Assembly (NCBI GenBank): GCA_002345745.1
Contig: DDWQ01000005.1
Coordinates: 3,707 to 67,706, forward strand
Source of the DNA: Candidatus Moranbacteria bacterium UBA2282
GTDB taxonomy: Bacteria > Patescibacteriota > Minisyncoccia > Moranbacterales > UBA2206
Length of the DNA: 64,000 nt
Direction: 5' to 3'
Below the pieces are notes generated by a model that worked only from the letters and a program-made list of their open reading frames with translations, did no database searches and was not told the origin of the DNA. Positions 57,948 through 64,000 of this stretch are shown piece by piece (the first letter of the stretch is position 1; each line of letters starts with the position of its first letter). Position numbers and translations under genes: made by a program.

Positions 57948-58167
57948 ATAATTCTAAGAGTATGTATAATTTGTATATACCATTGAAGTCTCAATTGAGG
58001 GCGGTAAACGGAGAATGATTTGTGCCAATATGGGGGAAATTTTTCGTAAAAATTTTAATCTTATAGAATTCTATAAAATTAAAAAAGGAACAACTTGATT
58101 TAGTTAAAAAATATGAAAAACTAAAAGTTCGTAGTTGCTAGATTTTTAAGCTACTTTACACAAAAAT

Positions 58168-58195
58168 TCAGCCTGTCAAAGGGCTGTTTTTTGTT
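58168..58195 (+). terminator. Weak hairpin terminator
   Basis: CAGCC-TGTCAAAG-GGCTG followed by TTTTTTGTTTT. Confidence 0.4.
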
Positions 58196-58349
58196 TTCTG
58201 GGCTGTGGATAACTCACCCTTGCCATTGTGGCAGAGTGGAGTAGAATAGGGAGGTAGGCAATACAAGTGGGGCGAAGTGGATAATCACCCTACGAATTAC
58301 GAATACGCTACGCTTTACGAATGTACGAATTATACGAATAAAAAATTAT

Positions 58350-58784
58350 ATGTTTATCGGAGAATATTCACATTTGGTTGATGAAAAAAAAAGATTGGCA
58401 GTACCAAGCAAGTTTCGCGTGGAGTTGAAAAATAAAGTAGTGGTGACCCGCGGGTTGGATAAATGTTTGTTTGTCTATCCGATGAAAGCTTGGGAAGAGT
58501 TGGCCGGAAAATTAGGCAACTTGCCAGTTGGAGAAGCTGACACACGAAGTTTCACCCGTTTGATGCTGGCAGGAGCGGTGGATGTGGATGTGGACAAGCA
58601 AGGACGAATTTTGATTCCGGATTATTTGAAAATTTATGCAGGTTTAGCAAAAAATGTTGTCATCGCAGGCCTCTATAATCGTTTAGAAATCTGGGATGAA
58701 AAAAGATGGGATGCCTATAAGAAAGGTGCCGAAAAGAATTCTGATGAAATCGCTGAGCAACTTGGTAAGTTAGGAGTGTACTAA
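58350..58784 (+). CDS. mraZ: Transcriptional regulator MraZ
   Basis: MFIGEYSHLVDEKKRLAVPSKFR N-terminus and duplicated MraZ domain. Confidence 0.9.
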   Translation: MFIGEYSHLVDEKKRLAVPSKFRVELKNKVVVTRGLDKCLFVYPMKAWEELAGKLGNLPVGEADTRSFTRLMLAGAVDVDVDKQGRILIPDYLKIYAGLAKNVVIAGLYNRLEIWDEKRWDAYKKGAEKNSDEIAEQLGKLGVY

Positions 58785-58808
58785 GATTTATAAATTAAGA
58801 TTATTGAG

Positions 58809-59741
58809 ATGACTGTTATTCATAAACCGGTTTTGTTGAAAGAAAGCATAGCAGGACTAAATTTAAAAGACGGATCTCGTGCTGTGGACGCCACTCTGGG
58901 GGGAGGCGGACACAGCAGTGAGATATTGAAGATAATTGGTAAGAAGGGCAAGCTAATTGCAATCGACCAAGATGTGGTAGCGATTGAAAATTTCAGAAAA
59001 GAATTTCCCAATGCAGAACGCGTTGTGCTGGTTAACGACAATTTTGCAAATATAAAAAATATTTTAGCGGAATTGAAAGTTGATTTAGTAGATGCAATTT
59101 TGGCAGATTTGGGATATTCCTCAATGCAACTGGAAGATGAGCAAATCGGGATGAGTTTTTTGAAAGATGCTCCATTAGATATGCGCCTCAATAGAGATGG
59201 CGAACTGACAGCCAAGCAAATTGTCAATGAATATTCACAAGGCGAGATTGCTAGGATTATTAAAAAATATGGAGAAGACCGTTTTGCTAGATATATTGCA
59301 AAGAAAATTGCTGATTATAGAAAGACAAAGCAGATTGAAACGACAACAGAATTAGTGGAGATTATAAATTCCGCGATACCAGAAAAATTCAAACACGGCA
59401 AGTTACATCCAGCGACGAAAACATTTCAGGCGTTGCGTATTGAAGTCAATCACGAATTAGAAGTTTTAGAGAGGTTTATTCCGCAAGCGATTGAGGCTCT
59501 GGCTCCAGGCGGACGATTGGTAATCATCGCGTTTCATTCATTGGAAGACCGCATCGTGAAAAGTGTTTTTCGCGAATATGCCAAAGGTTGTATCTGCCCG
59601 AAAGAATTTCCAATTTGTCAGTGTGAAAATTTGCCGAAAGTAAAAACAATCAACAAAAAGCCAATCATACCTACAGCAGAAGAGATGGAAGAAAATCCCC
59701 GTGCCAGAAGTGCCAAGTTACGCATTTGTGAAAAATTATAG
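58809..59741 (+). CDS. rsmH: 16S rRNA (cytosine1402-N4)-methyltransferase RsmH
   Basis: VDATLGGGGHS SAM-binding motif. Sits in mraZ-rsmH synteny. Confidence 0.9.
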   Translation: MTVIHKPVLLKESIAGLNLKDGSRAVDATLGGGGHSSEILKIIGKKGKLIAIDQDVVAIENFRKEFPNAERVVLVNDNFANIKNILAELKVDLVDAILADLGYSSMQLEDEQIGMSFLKDAPLDMRLNRDGELTAKQIVNEYSQGEIARIIKKYGEDRFARYIAKKIADYRKTKQIETTTELVEIINSAIPEKFKHGKLHPATKTFQALRIEVNHELEVLERFIPQAIEALAPGGRLVIIAFHSLEDRIVKSVFREYAKGCICPKEFPICQCENLPKVKTINKKPIIPTAEEMEENPRARSAKLRICEKL

Positions 59742-59806
59742 ACAAAAATATAGGTGCTAAAAAATAAATATAAATATACAATTTATTGTCAGGGGGCTGA
59801 AAATAA

Positions 59807-60214
59807 ATGTCACGGATTTTTATTCTAAATAAGTCTGCCGTCAGCTTGCAAAAAGCTCGCGTGCAAAGAACCTCAGCTACTTTCAGTGGGAGGTTTTTGG
59901 GTGGTAAAAAAGCAATTAATGCTGGTAGTGCTAGAATAAACCTAGTTTCATTAGTTTTCACTGTTGTGATTTGTACTTTTATGGCAGGAGCATTCTATTT
60001 ATATCAAGTAAACAATATCGCTACTAAAAGTTATGAGATTCGTGATTTAGAAAGTCAAATTCAAGAATTGAGCAAGGAAAGTAAAAAAATGGAAATTCGT
60101 GAAGTCGAACTTCGTTCAATGTATAATATTGAAAAAGCTTCGCAAGATCTAAACTTGGTTAATTCTGCGGATGTAACCTATGTGGAGATGAGTGGACCGG
60201 TAGCGATGAAATAA
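59807..60214 (+). CDS. ftsL: Cell division protein FtsL-like (bitopic, coiled coil)
   Basis: Single TM helix followed by a coiled coil. Located between rsmH and ftsI. Confidence 0.55.
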   Translation: MSRIFILNKSAVSLQKARVQRTSATFSGRFLGGKKAINAGSARINLVSLVFTVVICTFMAGAFYLYQVNNIATKSYEIRDLESQIQELSKESKKMEIREVELRSMYNIEKASQDLNLVNSADVTYVEMSGPVAMK

Positions 60215-60258
60215 TTTTCTCTTGATGACTGGATTATTAGTATTACTTTATTTACATT

Positions 60259-62127
60259 ATGTTTGCTATAAATAAAAAAAAATCAGAGGAACTTTCTAAC
60301 GGAAGGATACATGTATTAACTTTTTTGTTTTTTGCAATAATTGGAATTCTCCTTTTTCATTTTTACGCTTTGCAATTTGTACAACATTCACAATATCAAG
60401 CACTGGCTAATGGACAACATTCTTTTTTTAAAAATTTAATTCCTGAGCGTGGAGAAATTTTTATGAAAGATAAAAATGGCTCATATCCAGCGGCGGTCAA
60501 TCGTGCGACAAAGATGGTTTATGCCATTCCGACAGAAATAGAAAACCCAGATGCAACCGCCTTCATGGTAGCAGAAATTTTGCAACTAGATGCGGTCGAA
60601 CTTAAGGGTAAATTTGAAAAGAGTGATGATATGTATGAGCCTCTAAAACACAGATTGAGTGATGAAGAAATTGATAAGATAAACAATTCTAAATTGAAAG
60701 GCATCTATTTATCAGATGAGAGCTATCGCTATTATCCTTCTGGCGAACTAGCAGCAAATGTTGTTGGATTTGTAGGATGGAAGGATGATTCATTAGGTGG
60801 GCGTTATGGATTGGAATCATATTTTGATGAAGAATTGAAAGGCGTAAAAGGTTCAATTTTTCAACAGCGAGATGCTTTTGGCGGCTGGATAGGTATGGGT
60901 AACAAAGAATTTTCTGAAGCAAAAAATGGTGACACTATTTTTCTAACAATTGATCATATCGTACAATATCAAACTGAACGAATTCTCAAAAATGCAGTTT
61001 CCAAATATGGAGCAGATGGTGGCAGTATAATTGTGATGGAGCCGGAGACGGGAAAAATATTATCAATGGCGAGTTTTCCATCCTTTAACCCAAATGAATA
61101 TGCAAGAGTTGAGAATATTGATAATTTTCGTAACACAGCGGTGAATGATGCCTATGAACCGGGAAGTATTTTCAAACCGTTTACTATTGCTGCAGGACTC
61201 GACAGTGACAAGATCACACCTGATTTAACTTATACGGATACTGGTGCAGTCACTGAAGCTGGATATACGATAAAAAATTCTGATTTGAAAGCTAATGGTT
61301 TACAAACAATGACGGAAGTTTTGGAAAAATCTCTAAATACAGGTGTGATTTATGTAGAAAAATTAGTAGGGAATAAAAATTTTGCTGATTATATCGAAAG
61401 ATTTGGTTTTGGCGAAAAAACAGGAATAGAGTTAATAGGTGAGGCTGATGGCAATATTAGTAATTTAAAAAATCTGAAAAGTAATATTCAATTTTTCACA
61501 GCTTCTTTTGGACAAGGCGTTACTACTACACCAGTCCAATTAGCAGTTGCTTATGGAGCCATTGCTAATGGTGGAACATTAATGAAACCACAGATTGTGA
61601 ATAGAATAGTTCACCCTGATGGACGAGAAGAAGTTATTGACCCGCAAGAAGTACGACGAGTTATTTCTCAAAAAGCAGCGATGCAGACAGCGCAAATTTT
61701 ACGAAGCGTGGTGGTGAAAGGTCATGGTAAGAGAGGTGATGTTCCTGGGTTTCTGGTTGGAGGCAAAACTGGGACAGCACAAGTTGTTGATGCGGAAACC
61801 AAGGGTTATTCAGAGGATAAATTCACCGGCTCATTCGCTGGCTTTGCACCAATTAATGACCCAAAATTTACGATTATTGTTAAATTAGACACTCCAAAAA
61901 ATGTTGAATGGGCTGAATCAAGTGCTGCGCCAGCCTTTGGAGAATTGATGAAATTTTTGTTAGAATATTATAATATCGAGCCAACCGAGGAATATACTCA
62001 AAAAGATTTGGAATTATTTAATCAGTCACATAACTTGATTCAATTTAAAAAAGAAGAAGATACTGCTACTAATGTTGTTGTGACTAATTCAGAAACCACA
62101 GAAAAAGAGAAGGATAATGCTGATTAA
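60259..62127 (+). CDS. ftsI: Penicillin-binding protein 2/FtsI-type transpeptidase
   Basis: N-terminal TM anchor and dimerisation domain. SxxK (SIFKPF), SxN (KSLNTG) and KTGT (GGKTGTAQV) motifs. Confidence 0.85.
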   Translation: MFAINKKKSEELSNGRIHVLTFLFFAIIGILLFHFYALQFVQHSQYQALANGQHSFFKNLIPERGEIFMKDKNGSYPAAVNRATKMVYAIPTEIENPDATAFMVAEILQLDAVELKGKFEKSDDMYEPLKHRLSDEEIDKINNSKLKGIYLSDESYRYYPSGELAANVVGFVGWKDDSLGGRYGLESYFDEELKGVKGSIFQQRDAFGGWIGMGNKEFSEAKNGDTIFLTIDHIVQYQTERILKNAVSKYGADGGSIIVMEPETGKILSMASFPSFNPNEYARVENIDNFRNTAVNDAYEPGSIFKPFTIAAGLDSDKITPDLTYTDTGAVTEAGYTIKNSDLKANGLQTMTEVLEKSLNTGVIYVEKLVGNKNFADYIERFGFGEKTGIELIGEADGNISNLKNLKSNIQFFTASFGQGVTTTPVQLAVAYGAIANGGTLMKPQIVNRIVHPDGREEVIDPQEVRRVISQKAAMQTAQILRSVVVKGHGKRGDVPGFLVGGKTGTAQVVDAETKGYSEDKFTGSFAGFAPINDPKFTIIVKLDTPKNVEWAESSAAPAFGELMKFLLEYYNIEPTEEYTQKDLELFNQSHNLIQFKKEEDTATNVVVTNSETTEKEKDNAD

Positions 62128-62235
62128 TTTAAAATATACTACATATTGTCGAGGCTTTATCTCTGCTAGGCTAAACTCTGAAGAGGAGAAGTTTCTGATG
62201 GGGACATAACGTTAATTGAAAGTTAGATAAAAATA

Positions 62236-63564
62236 ATGATAAATGAAAAGCCTAAAAAAATATTAATTCTGCAGAAAATTCTACGCATAGCAGCTGTTTT
62301 GGTATTGAAAAAATATAATCCTAAGATAATCAGTATCACTGGTTCAGTAGGAAAAACTTCAACTAAGGAAGCTGTTGCAACTGTTTTAGCTAGTAAATTT
62401 CGTGTAAGGAGAACTGAAAAAAACTATAATAATGAAATCGGCTTGCCATTGACTATTATTGGTGCCAGCAGTGGTAATCATTCTCTTTTTGGGTGGTTAA
62501 AAGTTTTTTTGCAATGGTTGTGGATTATGATTTTGCCAATTGAATATCCAGAAATTTTAATTTTGGAAATGGGTGCAGATCGCCCAGGGGATATTCAGTA
62601 TTTAACTAGTTTTATCAATTCAAGTGTTGGTGTGATTACGGATATTTCATATAGTCACGTAGAATTTTTCAAAAATGTCGAAGGCGTGGCTAAAGAAAAA
62701 AGCATTTTGGTGAAAAAATTAGAAGAGAGAGGTCTGGCAGTGATTAATGTAGATAATCCATATGTTGCAAAATTAAATCAGCCAGCTGACGGACAAATAA
62801 AATGCAAAGTAGTTTCTTTTGGTTTTTCACAAGTGGCTGATATGCGTGCGACTGACGTTTCTTTTAGTTATGTGGGATCTGACGCGTGCGATTTGAATGG
62901 CTTGAGCTTCAAATTGAATTATAAAGGCACAACTATCCCGATGCGGTTAAATAATGTTCTAGCGAAACATCAGATCTATGCCGTTCTAGCCGCCGTGGCA
63001 GTTGGTGATGAATTTGGCATTAATTTGGTTGAAGCAGGAGCGGCATTAGAAAATTTTTCATTGCCAGTTGGTCGGATGAATTTGCTATGTGGCATAAAAA
63101 ATACGCATATAATCGATGATACTTATAACTCATCACCAACTTCAGCTGGTGCGGCTCTAGAATCGCTAGGCGAGATAAAAGCAAAGAGAAAGATTGCAGT
63201 TCTAGGCGATATGCTAGAATTGGGTCAGGAAGAAGAATTGCAACACAAAGCGATGGGTAAAAAGTTTGCTGAAATTCGCGGGGATATATTTTTCGCAGTT
63301 GGTGACAGAATGAAAAAAGCGGGAGAAGAATTAGTTAAAAATAATTTTCCAGAAAAGGATATTTTTTATTTTGAAAATCCAAATGAGGCTGGCAGAAAAT
63401 TACAAGAAATTATGCGCGAAGGAGATTTGATTTTAGTGAAGGGTTCACAAGGAATGCGAATGGAAAAAATTGTTGAGGAAGTAGTGGCTAATCCATTGGA
63501 AACTGAGAATATTTTATGTCGACAGACTGAAAGATGGCGTGAAATTCCGTTTACAAAACCATAA
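62236..63564 (+). CDS. murF: UDP-N-acetylmuramoyl-tripeptide--D-alanyl-D-alanine ligase MurF
   Basis: P-loop ITGSVGKTSTKE and C-terminal VLGDMLELGQEE MurF signature. Confidence 0.8.
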   Translation: MINEKPKKILILQKILRIAAVLVLKKYNPKIISITGSVGKTSTKEAVATVLASKFRVRRTEKNYNNEIGLPLTIIGASSGNHSLFGWLKVFLQWLWIMILPIEYPEILILEMGADRPGDIQYLTSFINSSVGVITDISYSHVEFFKNVEGVAKEKSILVKKLEERGLAVINVDNPYVAKLNQPADGQIKCKVVSFGFSQVADMRATDVSFSYVGSDACDLNGLSFKLNYKGTTIPMRLNNVLAKHQIYAVLAAVAVGDEFGINLVEAGAALENFSLPVGRMNLLCGIKNTHIIDDTYNSSPTSAGAALESLGEIKAKRKIAVLGDMLELGQEEELQHKAMGKKFAEIRGDIFFAVGDRMKKAGEELVKNNFPEKDIFYFENPNEAGRKLQEIMREGDLILVKGSQGMRMEKIVEEVVANPLETENILCRQTERWREIPFTKP

Positions 63565-63689
63565 GATGCCAATATTTTGCAAACAAAAGACAATTTCTTT
63601 CGGAGAGTGTTTTTTGTTTTTCTAAATAAGAAAGAGGCAAAAGCTTTGATTTTTTCTGGAACTTGTGTAAACTGATCTTATTGGCCTCA

Positions 63690-63850
63690 TCGTCTACCGG
63701 TTAGCCCGCCTCGCGTCGACCAGTCTCGAATCGTCAAGAAATCCTTTCGAGACGAGGCGGACGAGCGGTCGCCCGCTTCGACTCGATGAAACATCTTGTC
63801 GAATCGAGGCGAGTCTCCGCGAGTCGAGGCGGGGACGTCAGGTTCTCATC
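63690..63850. repeat. GC-rich island of nested inverted repeats (CGAGGCGG / TCGAATCG / GTCTCGAA words); candidate structured RNA
   Basis: Perfect hairpins GTCTCGAA...TTCGAGAC and CTCGAT...ATCGAG. Outer pairings CCGCCTCG/CGAGGCGG and CGCTTCGACTCG/CGAGTCGAGGCG. Strongly GC-enriched relative to the AT-rich flanks. Confidence 0.5.
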
Positions 63851-63875
63851 CTGGAAATAGGGTTATAATTACTGA

Positions 63876-64000
63876 TATGTTATTTTTCATTTATTATTTA
63901 GTTAGCGAAGATAGAACAAAAACATACGTTGGTTTTTCTGATGATTTGGATAGAAGAATTTCGGAACATTCCGCTGGTAAAGTAAAAACAACAAAAAATT
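63876..64000 (+). CDS. GIY-YIG nuclease-family protein (5' partial, runs off window end)
   Basis: Translation MLFFIYYLVSEDRTKTYVGFSDDLDRRISEHSAGKVKTTKN matches the GIY-(x10)-YVG...R...EH motif of small GIY-YIG proteins. Confidence 0.6.

Noticed and set aside
60259-63564. Missing murE between ftsI and murF as evidence of an unusual peptidoglycan pathway
   Set aside because: It cannot be judged from one window. murE may simply be located elsewhere, and ftsI-murF adjacency occurs in various lineages.

Overview
This is an AT-rich bacterial chromosomal window, dense with housekeeping genes and interrupted by accessory modules. Mixed strong and absent Shine-Dalgarno usage, many A-rich AAAAAATATG start contexts and small proteins suggest an uncultivated small-genome lineage, but I cannot confirm this.

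Core genes found:
- secE-nusG-rplK-rplA
- a phage-T4-like dTTP module (dNMP kinase, dCMP deaminase, long ThyA, DHFR, CYTH-like, MazG-like)
- gatB, miaA, miaB, thrS, dnaE, rnhB, rpmF, nusB, rnc, a short hingeless smc, rpsP, rplJ-rplL, a SulP transporter, a PLD/cardiolipin-synthase-like enzyme, an MlaA-like lipoprotein, dnaX
- the dcw cluster mraZ-rsmH-ftsL-ftsI-murF
- tRNA-Ile(GAT), tRNA-Ala(TGC) and tRNA-Gln(TTG)

The strongest accessory system is a complete diversity-generating retroelement (DGR):
- an 800-aa secreted repeat protein whose C-terminal CLec-like variable repeat (VR, 25247-25366) matches a non-coding template repeat (TR, 26470-26589) 1.1 kb downstream; all 17 differences fall on TR adenines.
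- an Avd-like four-helix-bundle gene and a convergently oriented reverse transcriptase with DGR motifs (SYACRKEKGAH, LPIGNLTSQ, YMDD).
- a GxxExxY-family gene flanked by a 3x 43-bp tandem repeat, inserted between target and avd.
- an adjacent HEPN/MNT pair.

Other notable features:
- a two-gene cassette (about 1115-aa secreted AHSNGG alpha/beta-hydrolase-like protein plus a 137-aa membrane protein) duplicated 35 kb apart. The second copy sits in a defence island with a RhuM pseudogene and a Type III R-M system (mod/res).
- in-frame microsatellite-like 7-nt repeat tracts inside miaA and a perfect palindromic in-frame insertion inside miaB.
- a family of TTTGTAT-like heptamer repeats in several intergenic regions.
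- a candidate T-box leader upstream of thrS.
- a recurrent GCGAATTCGC palindrome and a shared TAATTAGCGACAATT motif upstream of secE and rplJ.
- a GC-rich, hairpin-rich island before a GIY-YIG gene at the window end.
- a cluster of mobile-element-associated genes (GtrA, ClpP-like and papain-like peptidases, AntA antirepressor).
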